A stretch of DNA of 64,000 nt, taken from Azolla caroliniana. Lineage: Eukaryota > Plantae > Polypodiophyta. A model generated the notes under the pieces. It ran no database searches. It was given only the letters and a program-made list of their open reading frames with translations, and had not been told where the DNA came from. Made by a program: the position numbers and the translations under genes. Below, in pieces: positions 23,257 to 35,661 of the stretch; position 1 is the first letter of the stretch; each line of letters opens with the position of its first letter. The stretch spans positions 8,308,001-8,372,000 of the forward strand of contig JBHGNT010000010.1 in the NCBI GenBank assembly GCA_043228905.1, in the 5' to 3' direction.

Positions 23257-25756
23257 TGTTGAGCGGCAAGCTCAACTAGATCCGGATCGGCATCCAGAAG
23301 GATGAGCCGGATTGGTGAGACAGTGAGCCGGTGAGTTGGGGAGCCGGTTAGCCGGATCAAGCAGTAACCGGAAGCCAAGTAGTAGCTAGACTACTAGGTA
23401 GTTAAGGTCTTGTAGTTAGTGTCAGATGCTCGTGTGAGCATTGAAGTACCTGCCAGTACTTTTGTCAGTCCTTTATGGACTTGTATAAAAGTGTTCATTG
23501 AACACATACGATGTACAGATTGAGTATTATTTTGAATTGATTATCTGAGTGTTCTCTCTATCTATCTCTCCCGCGTACTGTGTATATTCAAGCTCTCCAT
23601 TAAACTTGCGTATTTTCTGTGTTTGGTTTGCTATTGCTTCCGCACGCTATTCTTTCACATGGTAACAAAGCGCGAGAGTTGAGAACCTCTGCAGACGACA
23701 TAGCTTGAAACGAAAACCAACCAAGAAGAACAAGTAAAACCGATGGATAGAGGCCTGGCTAGCTCGCTTCCGACGGAGAAGCTCGATAGAAACAACTACG
23801 TGTCTTGGTCCTACAAGATGCACCAATACCTGCTCAGACACGATTACTGGAGCTATGTCGACAAAGCAAATCACACATCACCCGAATCGACACAAAGAGA
23901 TTTCCCGGCGTGGGAACAGTCGGTGAGCAGAGTACTGTACTGCTTCGCGTCTTGTGTGGGCGAACAGTTCCTAAGCTACATTCAGGATGCAAAAACGCCG
24001 AAAGATGTTTGGGGAAATCTGAAGAAGATTTTCGCTGCAAGCACCACAGCCAGGAAGCTTCAACTTCAACAGGAGCTGAGCAACTTACGACAATGCGATT
24101 TGTCGGTGGTTGATTACACCTCGAAGATCAAATATATACGTGACTCCTTAACCTCCATCGATGTGAACGTTGAGGAAGGCGAGATGGTGCAGATCTATCT
24201 CGGGGGACTGGCGACGAAGTTCGGAGCGTTCCGAACTGCTGTGTGTACATGGGAGAATATGTCGTCGTTTTTTGACTTACAGTTGATGCTCCTTATAGAG
24301 GAGAACCACGCGGGTGCATCAACGAGCACGCATGCCGAAAACAAGATGTTGTACACAGAGGGAGATAGGCCTCGTGGTCGTGGCAGACGAGGCGAGTCGG
24401 TGCGCAATGGAGGCGGCCGACGGGATCAAGGAAGAAGGCACCGAAGTGATGCCGACAACAATTCCGGACCCTCCACAAGTAGGGGAGTCAAGGCGGCACC
24501 GGAGGCCGGCAAGCAAAGGCCGACACGAAATGCTGGTATTGTGGTAAAAAGGGCCACAGAGAAAGCGAGTGCTAGAAGAAGCGTGCCGATTCGAACAGAT
24601 CCGGATTCGGCAAAGCCAGCAGAGAGAACCGACAATACTCGCACTACACAGAAGGATCGGGAGGATCTAAAACTAGAAAAGGGCTAGTCTTGGTGGTGAA
24701 ACACAAGGCTAACTCGATGAAGAAGACCACTTCCAAATCGGAGGAAGTGAGGTACGTTGATTCTGGTGCGTCGAATCACATGACAAGCCACAAAGAGTGG
24801 TTCTCCTTCTTGGAGAAACCGGAACAACCGGGAGTCATCGAAACCGGAGACGACACTCCTCACCCAATTGTGCACGTCGAAGAAGTCCCTTTGAGCGTTC
24901 CGACTATCACGAAGATCCTGGTGGCAGTCGGTCAGATCGTTGACTAGGGGATGTAGGTGCGGTTTACGCACCCTGGGTGCTTCATCAAGGAAGAGGGCCA
25001 AAACATTGCACAAGGGCACAGAGACGGGAGGATGTTTATCCTCGACACCAATGACATCGGCACACCTTTGTTCGCCAAAGGACAAAAGATTGAATAGGAT
25101 ATTGATCTCTAGCACAAGCGGATCGGCCACGTCAATTACCGGAGGCTTCAAGACCTGCAAACGAAACAAGTTGTTTTCGGTTTGCCGAAGTTTAGTGCCC
25201 GAAAGGCCCAAATATGGGAATCCTACCAGCTCGGGAAGCAACACCGCCTTCCATTCCCCACCGAATGAAACCGTAGCCATAACAAGCTCGACCTTATTCA
25301 TTCGGATGTATGGGGACCGGCATAGAACGTTAGTCTTGGTGGGAGTCGGTATTTCAGGCGGCACACATGGATCTACCTCATTGAGTGGAAGAGAAAACTC
25401 TTCGAGTGTTTCCGGAACCTGCAAAGCCTGGTTGAGCGGGAAACGGAGAGGAAGAATTTGAGACACCTTCGAATATTCAGTAGCATTGCATATGTGCATG
25501 TGCCGGATGAGAAGCGTAGGAAATTGGATGCAGAGTCGGACAAAAGCATCCTAGTCGGTTACTCGCATGAGCAAAAGGGGTATAAGTGTTATAACCCCCG
25601 GACGAAGCCGGTCCGAGTTAGCCGAGATGTTGAGTTTGATGAGACGACATCTTGGTGTGCCTTACAGGCTCCGACTTCCGACCCCGACCCAATACCGGAG
25701 GATGAGGCTAGGGAGCCTGAACCGGTCCAGATAGAAGATGAAGACCCCGGCACTCT
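23257..25756 (+). mobile_element. Ty1/copia (family of copy E): 5' LTR 23257-23659, PBS 23660-23671, gag 23743-24687, deleted PR/INT
   Basis: PBS TGGTAACAAAGC (degenerate Met-i); gag homologous to 7850-8700; YVDSGASNH; AYVHVPDEKRRKLD. Confidence 0.9.
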
Positions 25757-26370
25757 AGTAGCCATGCCCAAGCAAGTACTAGTGCATCTTATACGACCAA
25801 GATGCATAGTTGGATCTATCGAGTTTCTCCACAGGGAGCGAGCTAGCCATCCCTCTATCCATCACTTCTATGTCTGCTGTTTTACGACCTGTTAGGATTT
25901 GCTTTCAAGCGTTTGTCGGTTGCAGAGGTTCTCAACCCTCGCGCTCTGATACAATGTGAACGATTACTTGTGGAAGCGTTAGAAAATAGAGAAGGTAGGG
26001 AATACACAGAGTACATGGGAGAGACAGAGAGAGAGCAGAACGTTAAGGCTATATTCAAAAACGATAAAAACACTCTGTGTATACAACTATGCTTAGTAGC
26101 ATTATTTATACAAGTCCTCGTGGGACTGACAGAAGTACCGCGTACTTCAATGCTCACACGAGCATCTGACACTTACTACGAGACTATTATTGCCTAGTAG
26201 TCTACACTAATACTAGGCTTCCGGTTACTGATTGGATCCGGCTAACCGGCTTCCAAGCTCATCAGCTCTATTGCTTGCCGGCTCGGTTGCTCACAGCTTA
26301 CCGATCCATCTCACTTGCCGGCTCAGGCTTATTCAGCCGATCCGGCTCCAGTTGAGCTTGCCGCTCAACA
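25752..26370 (-). mobile_element. Inverted copia fragment of same family: 5' LTR 25955-26370, PBS 25943-25954, first ~35 gag codons
   Basis: Minus strand reads MDRGMASSLPVEKLDRSNYASWSYKMH*; LTR start TGTTGAGCGGCAAGCTCAAC identical to 23257. Confidence 0.9.
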
Positions 26371-27280
26371 GAGAGAGATTAAGATTGAACCCTTGATTTT
26401 AGATTTTAAGAAACAAGTTACACGATCAATTCGATAACGAATTCTCTTCTTCTTAATTTCATAACCAAAAAAAGCCTCCCTTCTTCTTTTTCATCCCTTC
26501 TTTTATAGATGCTCTCATGCATATGATGCATGTGAGGGTATAAGACATGCATAAAATGCATGTTTGCCATTTGGCGCTCATGTATTACATGTGGTGCATG
26601 ATAACCATGTCACTCATTTTAGCTCTCATGTATGAGAATTTCCATGTAGAAGTACAATGATAGAAATATAAATTCAACTAAATGTCATGGCTTAGTGGTA
26701 AGCCTATTACTTCTTAACTAGGAGGTGCAAGGTTCGAATCCTCACTTTCCCTCCTTGTGTATATATATGTGATATATATTTATTTATTAATTTGGTCACC
26801 GGTTTGCCGAATGCCGGTCGCCGCCGGTTACCGGATGACGCTGGTTCGCCGGATTCCATCGGATGATCCGGCTCCGCCGCCGCCTCGCCGGCTCCGTCAG
26901 ATGCCGATACCACAGGCTCACCGGATCCGCCGCAGCCTTGCCGACTCCGTCGAATGCCGTTACCGTCCAGTTCCGTTTTGGTTGGCCAAAACCTTTACGA
27001 GTGGCTAGGCCACCTCCACTCTTAGTTCAAGTTACCTTGAATTCTCTATGCTCAACACATAGACACAAAGATTTTTTGCTCTACCTTATATATGATAAGA
27101 GCCGTCTTTGTCGTGCCTATGTGGGATATCTCACATTTTTCTCTTTTCCTTTCACAAACTTTATACCCTCATATCTTGACATCTAGTTGTTCGTTTCTCG
27201 TGTAATAAAGTGCATTCGAAAGCTCTTGAAGACCTCCATCATTTTGTACTTAGATACTTCACTATTATTGTTTTATGTAA

Positions 27281-27643
27281 TTCATACTTGATTTTGTATG
27301 TTTTATGTGATTTTCACACCATTGCCGAAAATCTTCACGACATCCACCCCCACCAAACCGCACGTCCTCTGGTACGTGCCAAGAAGAGAGAAAGTGAGAT
27401 TTCGGCTACGGTGATCAATCAGATTCCTCCTTGTCTTCATTTACATCCACCCTATTATGTTCATACTTGATTTTGTATGTTTTATGTGATTTTCACACCA
27501 TTGCCGAAAATCTTCACGACATCCACCCCCACCAAACTGCACGTCCTCTGGTACGTGCCAAGAAGAGAGAAAGTGAGATTTCGGCTACGGTGATCAATCA
27601 GATTCCTCCTTGTCTTCATTTACATCCACCCTATTATGTTCAT
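27281..27643. repeat. 179-bp tandem duplication spanning PPT/3' LTR junction
   Basis: 27281-27459 repeated at 27460-27638 nearly identically; TTCAT at breakpoints. Confidence 0.95.
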
Positions 27644-30600
27644 CATCGAGGTGATCGAGGTCAGGATTCTCATCTTGCCTTTTCAAGAAAACCTTTACTC
27701 TTTTTCCCGCAATGGGTACGGCTAACCTTGATCCGTCTAGCTCCGCAAGGTGGTATGTGGCATTATCGTTGGCACTTGTCACCACATACGGCCTGAACCA
27801 TCTTCTTGCTAACTTTTTTGTTGTACTGTGTTGATTGTGAAGGCTACTGTCGTAAACCAAAACCCAATCTCCTTCTTCAATCTTCTTGGGACGAAGTGGA
27901 TGCGTGATGTCGAACCGAACTTTGTTCTTTACTTGGGCTGCCTCCATCATCTTTCGCACTTTTTCTAGATCTTCAGGTCTTCTTTCAAGTTGCCTTATCC
28001 GCGCCACTAATAACTCTTCTCGGCTCATCTCGTTCTCCCACGGTATCGCTACCCATGAGGCGATCGTCCTTTCGATGGGCATAACTGGCTTTTGTCCATA
28101 CATAAGCTCCGTCGGCATATACCCTTTCACCGAGTTGTGTGTCGTTCTATCGGCCCACAAGGCATAGGGTAATAGTCGTGGCCAATTCCCGACTCGACCA
28201 TTGCATGCTCGTACGATGGCTTTAACGATAGGTCCATGCCCTCGCTTGATCTTCCCGTTCGCTTCCGGATTGTAGGCAGTTGTGAGGGAGAGCTTCATGC
28301 CTAGTCGTTCGAAGAGCTTCGTCGCTTCGTGCGCATCTAACTCCCCTGTCGGCCACTATCTTCCCCACACATCCATATCGGCAAACAACCTCTTCAAGCA
28401 AAAATTTGCAAACAGCTGAAGTCGTCTTATTTGTCAAGGCTCGTCCTTCCAATTGATTTGTCAAGTCTTCCCTTGCCAGCGCTAAGTACTTCATTTGTCC
28501 CACTCCCATTGGCATCGATACCAGATCCACCATCCGTTTGAAGTGTATGGTGAGTGGGTATGTCGGCTGTAACTCATCACGATGACGTATATTTGAATAT
28601 ATTTGGCAAGTTTTGCATGTGGACACGAAATGGAGTACATCTTTGTACATGCTTGGTCACTAGTACTTCTCCTTCAACTTTTCGAACGTCGCCCATTTTC
28701 CTCTATGACCTGTGCAAGCACTCTTGTGGAATTCGGTCATCAGCATCTCTTGCTCTTCTTTCTTCACCACCACTCGACGTGGTATTCCTGTCCTTCTTTT
28801 TGGATGTCACCAAAGGAATTCTCCCTTCTAGAAGTATCGGTAAGCTTTCTTCCGGATTCGTAGGGCCTCCTCCTTTGTCAACGAAGCATCTGTCGTCAAT
28901 GTTCTTAGGAATCTACCGATGAGTAACCACTCTCCTTCATACTCGTTCTCGTAGAAGTCGTGGAGGGTTTGCGTGTCCTGGTCTTCCGCCGACAATCGAG
29001 CCATCTTGAAGAAGTCGAGGGCGACATCTTCATCTTCCGAAACCATGTCACTTCCATTTTCAAATCTTGCCCTCGACAGCATGTCAGCCATGGCGTTCTT
29101 CTTCCCTGCAATATGACGGATCTTTGGGTTTAAAGACTTGATGTAGGTGATCCACCTTAGCATAGCAAGACCTGGGGTCGCACATCCCGAGACCATTCCG
29201 AGAATTGGGAGACAAACTGTCTCTATTATCACTTTTGACCCGATCAGGTAATCTTTGTCCGTCTTCACTGTTGACACAATACCTCAAAGTTCCCGCTTGA
29301 CTTGGGCATATCTTTGTTGCCGTTCGCTGAAAATCTTTGCTCCGAACCGGACAACATACCGCGCATTATCTTCTCCTTCTTGATTGATGACCCACCCGAT
29401 TCCGGTTGGGCTCGTATCTACGGTTACGTAAATCGGCTTCCCTTTGGCATAGTTGGCCTTCCTTAGTGCCGGAGCTTCAAGAAGCAGTTTCTTCAATCTT
29501 CGCATCGCATTTGTGTGCTCATCTCTCCATTCGAACTTCATTCTTTTCTTTAGTGCTCCATATAACGGTTCGGCGACATGAGCATAGTGCGGAATCCATA
29601 TATGATAAAATGTGCATGCTCCAAGGAACCTTCTAACCTTCGTTTGGTTTTCGCATTCTTCTTTCATGTCTTGGATCGCGTTCACTTTGTATGGCGAAGG
29701 CTTCCAGCCGTATGCCCCACACAAGTGACCTACCACCAAGATCTCAGGTTGCCCGAATGCAAATTTTTCTCCCGAAAATGTCAAATTCGCATCTTCGAGC
29801 CTTTAAAGCACCTTCTCACAATCTTTCATATGATCCACAATGAACTTTCTACAACCTTCCTTATCTTTCGATTCATATTTCTCCTCATCCGAACATCCTT
29901 TTATTGGAATATCATCCAAGAATGGCATCGTGATGTCCGGGATGCAATCCTTCAAGACTTTATTCATGGCATTCACCATATGAGCCACTGGGTTCGTTGC
30001 GCCTTGGGGTAAGGTACACATCCGCACAAGCCCGATCAGAGTCCTCATGGTTTTAATGTCCCGACAGTCGATCGCCAATTGGAATTGGTCATATCCGGAG
30101 TAGAGATCGCCAATGGAGTAGATGGACCGATTCGTCCACACTCGGACCGATTCCGGCATTTCCAATTGTCACCTTGTTGACAGGTTGAAGATCTTGGATG
30201 AATCGCAATGATCCATTCTTCTTCGGCACCGTGAACCACCTATTGGAATAAGGAGCATTCGACGGTTCTAGAATTCCCATACTCACCTTCTCCTTTAAGA
30301 GCTTGATCAGTTTCGGAAGGTGTGCTCTCGGAACCGGTATCGGTTTCAAATTCCAAGGCACATGAGGCACCGTGAAGATCACCATCGGCTCTATAACCTT
30401 TGGGTCGGTGCATCAGATTTCTCGTGGGAAGAATGCGAAAGTCTTCCCATGTCTCTCAAGCATATCGCGAAACATTTGCTCCTCTTAAAGGAGAAGGAAA
30501 TCCTCCTTTCCAACTCGTAGCTTCCCCTTCGTCTCTTTGGTGAAGACATGACCTATCATCTTTGGATCTCTTAAGCTTGGATCGTTAGCGACTTCCTTCA

Positions 30601-33290
30601 TCTTTTGCCAGCTATCTACCGGTAGCAGAACTGCAATTGGCTTGATCTTCTTATCCACCGTTTTATATTTCATGTTGATGTCAGCTTCCTTCATCGAGAT
30701 GGCACGACGGCATTCATCGATGATAATGTACATGTTGACAGAGTTAACCGAAATCATGCATTGGTCGTGAAGATAGCTCAAGTCCACGACGTCCTCAATT
30801 TCGCCAATGGTGTCGATAAATGAGGCTTCTTCCATAATATGAGTCACGAACTCTCCTTCTTCTATTATGTTTTCTTCTTTCAGCATCTTCTCAAATTCTT
30901 GTATCTGACGCTTGTCCTTCTTGTTGGGTAGTACTAGTTTACATGCGCCACTAGATGTGACACATGTTGCTTCTCCTTGCAATCCACACACTCTTCTTAC
31001 TTGTGGGGTCTTATGATCGCTCGGACTATTTGTGCCCCATGCTTCAATAGTCCGCTCTAAAAATCCAAGGATTCGCCTCCGAGACTATCTCGATTCCTTT
31101 CATGGTTGGCTCGCACCGTTAGGAATTGGACCGATCTTTGGTTTTCAAGACTCTTTATTCGTGCGAAGGCTGCTCCATTATCGAACACTTTGGTCTCCAT
31201 CCGAGATGATGTGATATACGGTTGCCCTAGGATGACAAGATGCGACGCCGATTCTTGCACGAAGAAGTGTTGATCCATCTCCACATCCCCGATCGTGACT
31301 TTGACATTGGGACAAGCTCCATACAAGTCCTCCGTAGACTTTGTTGCCGCGTGAATCTTCCATTCGTGGTTTGTATTGATTGGCCATCTTCCTTTTTTGT
31401 AGAAGTCGGTTGACATGAGGTTGATCTCCGAGCCGTGGTCGATCAAAGCTACCACAGTCTCTTTCTTCTCCCCGATCTTCACCGGTGTCTCCGTTGTCGC
31501 TCGCCCAATGAGGTCGAGTATAGTGGCTGTCCACCATATCTTCATTGAATTCTTCTCTTGCCATCGTTATGGCATTCGTTTTTGCTTTTTGTGGCTTCTC
31601 TTCTTCCTTGTCCGATTATTGTCTTTTTCTCTTTACAAGGTCCACGATCTGTCATGGAACTCCTTCGTAATGCCAAGCAATTCCCTCAAGGACAAAGTCA
31701 CGTGGCTATTCAGAACTCATTCTTTGAGAATCTTCTTTAGGTCCTTCATCTGCTCTATGTCTGACCTTAGCTTATAGGTAGGCATAGTCCTTGTCCTCCG
31801 AGCGGTGTCTTCGACACCAACCTTCACGGGCCGAACTGTTTCTTCAACTCGTATGCTCGGCTCCCCTTTTCGGCTTGATTCTCGTTCCTCCATTTGGAAA
31901 GGTCGACTCTTCTCCGCATCGTCCTTCTTTTTCGCGTTCCTTGTTTCATGTCTTTTTGATGGTCCTTGCTCTTCTATTCTTTTTCTCTTTTCTTCGACGA
32001 ACACCTCATGGTTGTCGCACATCACCCCCACGAGTATGGTGTTGTCGTCCACCGGATCCGACCATCCGGTTATACTTTGTACACTTCAATCTACAACCTC
32101 TACTTCATTCGAAGTGACCTTCCCCATCTTCTCATACTCGAGAACGGAAGACCAAAACTTGGCTCCCACTTTCGCAGCTTCATTTCTGTCTTTACCGACT
32201 CTTATTCCGGCTGATGCAACATAGTGCATCGCATCCACATGAGTCGCATCGGCATCTTCCATATCTTTCTTCATTCCTCCTCTTCCAAAATTCACCCGTA
32301 GGGGTCTTCTAGTCTCGCTCAAGCAGATCATGTTGTCATCTATGTACACGATATTTTGTCGGATCGCCTCTCGAAGGCTCGCGCAATCCCTTCTCATGTG
32401 GTCCATGCTATCGCACCACACGCATCTAAGGGGTTCTTTTCCTTTGGGCCCCCGACGATTCATGTTGGCTAGCGTGACCTTCTCGAACTTCTTCACTAGC
32501 TCTTCAATGATGTCGTCATCAATCTTCTTTTCTTCTGGACTGCTTTGTTTGGGCGGCTTAGCTACTTTCGGTTGTCTTGTTTTCTCCGCAACAATCGATC
32601 CCGCCAAGTCGGTGTCATCAACCCACTGACGACACTTGTCAAGCCTATTGCATGCTCGCTTTACCGCAACCCAGTCCGTCACAAGCCCATTCGCTTGGGT
32701 ATCATCTTCGAGAAGAGTCCCCAACTCTCGTCTATCCTTCATGTCCACGGCCTTCAAGAAGTACAAAGTCTTGTTCTCTTCAAGCAATACTTGGTCCGTG
32801 TTGGGGAGACGACTAAACATCTAGTCGAATTTGTCGTACACCCTCGAAGCGCTCATCTTCTTATTCTTCTTCTCTATCCACTTCATCAGGGTATGTCGAG
32901 TCATCCTCGTTGAGTCTTCAGTCGCGAACTCCGCTAGTATCGTTTTCTCGAACTCAGACCATGTTGTCTTACCTTCTTGAAGCTCGATGATGCGTCTTTG
33001 GATGTTGTTGGCGACAACTCTCTTGAAGCTTGCGATTTGACGTGCTTCGGACACGTCCCTCTGACTCATCTCCCTTCTATATGTGTCAAGGAACTTCGTA
33101 ACATTCCTTCCATCGAATTGGCCCTCGAGCCCTACGACACGATCGACAGCCTTCTCCATGCTCGCGTCGTTGTCCCGAGATTTCATCATTTGCTCGACGA
33201 TTAGCATCATCCTTTCGAGCTCTCCCGCTTGATTGCTTGAGGATGCCATCTCTAAGTATTAATCTCGGCTTGATCCTTCCTACCGCCTCT

Positions 33291-33308
33291 TTCACGTCGG
33301 GTTCACCA
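33291..33308 (-). promoter_or_regulatory. Primer-binding site, tRNA-Trp
   Basis: TGGTGAACCCGACGTGAA, 18-nt complement of plant tRNA-Trp 3' end as recalled. Confidence 0.9.
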
Positions 33309-34443
33309 CTTTATTATGTCGTGAAGCTCCGTCACTACGCGTGGATTGTGAGGTGAAACCGTCGGGGTTCTGAACCAGAAGGACTTGAAGTTGGCGCAAG
33401 CTTTAGTGAGAAAGTACTTAAGCTAGATTGAAAGAGAGAGAGAGCTTGAGATAGAATAGAACCCTTGACTTTAGATTGAGAGAGATTAAGATTGAACCCT
33501 TGATTTTTTATTTTAAGAAACAAGTTACACGATCAATTCGATAACAAATTCTCTTCTTCTTAATTTCATAACCAAAAAAAGCCTCCCTTCTTTTATAGAT
33601 GCTCTCATGCATATGATGCATGTGAGGGTACAAGACATGCATAAAATGAGAATTTCCATGTAGAAGTACAATGATAGAAATATAAATTCAACTAAATGTC
33701 ATGGCTTAGTGGTAAGCCTATTGACTCTTAACTAGGAGGTGCAAGGTTCGAATCCTCACTTTCCCTCCTTGTGTATATATATGTGATGTATATTTATTTA
33801 TTAATTTGGTCACCGGTTTGCCGGTTGCCGCCGGTTACCGGATGATGCTGGTTCGCTAGATTCCGCCAGATACCGGCTCCGCCGCTGCCATCATCGGCCC
33901 GTCGAATGCCGATACCATTGGATCACCGGCTCCATCAGATGCCAATTCTACCGGGTCACCGGCTCCTCTGCCGTCTTGCCGGCTCCGTCAGATGCCGATA
34001 CCGCAGGATCACTGGCTCCGTCACATGCCGATTCCGCCGGATCACCAATCGCCGATTACCGTCCAGTTCCGTTTTGGTTGGCCAAAACCTTTACGAGTGG
34101 CTAGGCCACCTCCACTCTTAGTTCAAGTTACCTTGAACTCTCTATGCTCCAGACCTAAACACAAAGATAATAGTTTTTGCTCTACCTTATATATGATGAG
34201 AGCCGTATTTGTCGTGCCTATGTGGGATATCTCACAGTTTTCTCTTTTCCTTTCACAAACTTTATACCCTTATATCTTGACATCTAGTTGTCCGTTTCTC
34301 GTGTAATAAAGTGCATTCGAAAGCTCTTGAAGACCTCCATCATTTTGTACTTAGATACTTCACTATTATTGTTTTATGTGATTCATACTTGATTTTGTAC
34401 GTTTTATGTGATTTTCACATCATTGCAGAAAATCTTCACAACA

Positions 34444-35313
34444 GCGGTAAAATGGATACTCCGATACTTGAAAGGCACCTCAAGTATGTGTGTCTGATTC
34501 GGCTCCAGTAAACCCAAAACTTGACGGTTTCACTAATTCGGATATGTCGACTGATGCAGATACCAGCCAATCAACATCGAGATATGTTATGACATAAGCA
34601 GGGGGAGTTGTTTCGTGGCAGTCGAGGCTGCAGAAGACGGTTGCATTGTCAACCACAAAGGCGGAGTACATGGCAGTGGTGGAAGTCGGCAAGGAAATAT
34701 TATGGATGAGCCAGCAAGGAAATATTATGGACTTAATCAGAGAGCTAGGGATCCGGCAAGAGGAATATCGGCTCCACTACGACAGTTAGAGTGCCATCCA
34801 GCTTACAAAGAACATGGCGTATCATTCCAGGAGAAAGCACATCCAGCGCAGGTACCATTGGATCCGGGAGCGAGTAGAAGATCGGGAATTCGTACTGACA
34901 AAAATCCACACGAAGGAGAACGGGTCAGATATGCTGACCAAAGGGCTAACACCTAACAAGCTGAATGCATGCAGGAAGAGGATCGGGTTGACGAGGCATC
35001 CCATGCCGGAGTGACAGGGGAGTTTGTTAGGATTTTGGTCCCTCCGGATGGGATATGAGTACCTGGCAACGGAAGACCCGGTGAGAACCGGATGATGAGT
35101 ACCCGGCAAGGAAGACCCAATGAGAACCGAATGACACAGGCCCGATGAGAACTTCTCACCGGATGAAGGGACATAGATGTAAATATGTTTCTGTTAGCTC
35201 ATTGTGGCTATATTTGTAAATAGCCTAAAATTCATATTAGTATAAATATGACCTAGGGCAAACACTATTTGTGGTGGTTGTCATATTGGTGCAACTGTTG
35301 TACAAAGCATAGC

Positions 35314-35376
<63 letters not shown>

Positions 35377-35661
35377 CATAGTGATTCTCTATTGTAACCG
35401 CCGTCAGGCGAAGAGTGTGAGCACGAGCTCGTTGCCTCTGTGCCACCTGTTGTATTCTTTGACATAGTGATAGTTTAGAGTCTGTGGGCTCCCGTGGTTT
35501 TTCCTATTTAGGGTTTTTTGATGAAAACATATTGTGTACTCTCTTTAGTGTTTTGTGTATACGTTCATCTATCTCCACATTCCTATTGTTGTGTTTGTAA
35601 TTCTCAATAAAGTGATTGAAGACTCGGTTGTGGCTGAGCATTATTCCGCATATTCACAACA
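34444..35661 (+). mobile_element. Copia (A/B family) 3' end: RNase H remnant, PPT 35016-35024, 3' LTR 35025-35661
   Basis: AVKWILRYLKG, KHIQRRYHWIRE, SDMLTK; LTR TGTTAGG...GTCCCTCCGGATGGG...CAACA with (GA)n. Confidence 0.9.

Larger units (their letters stand above)
26371..34443 (-). mobile_element. Ty3/gypsy copy 2 (tRNA-Trp primed), near full length, decayed; 5' LTR 33317-34443, truncated 3' LTR 26371-27342
   Basis: PBS 33291-33308; gag 32086-33249, PR ALIDHGSEINL, RT PFLDD, RH VDTS, INT YNPEANGKIKRGH; PPT TTTGGTGGGGGTGGA next to 27342. Confidence 0.93.

Noticed and set aside
26683-26750. Functional tRNA gene
   Set aside because: A/B boxes present but no acceptor stem and poor anticodon stem; embedded in an LTR
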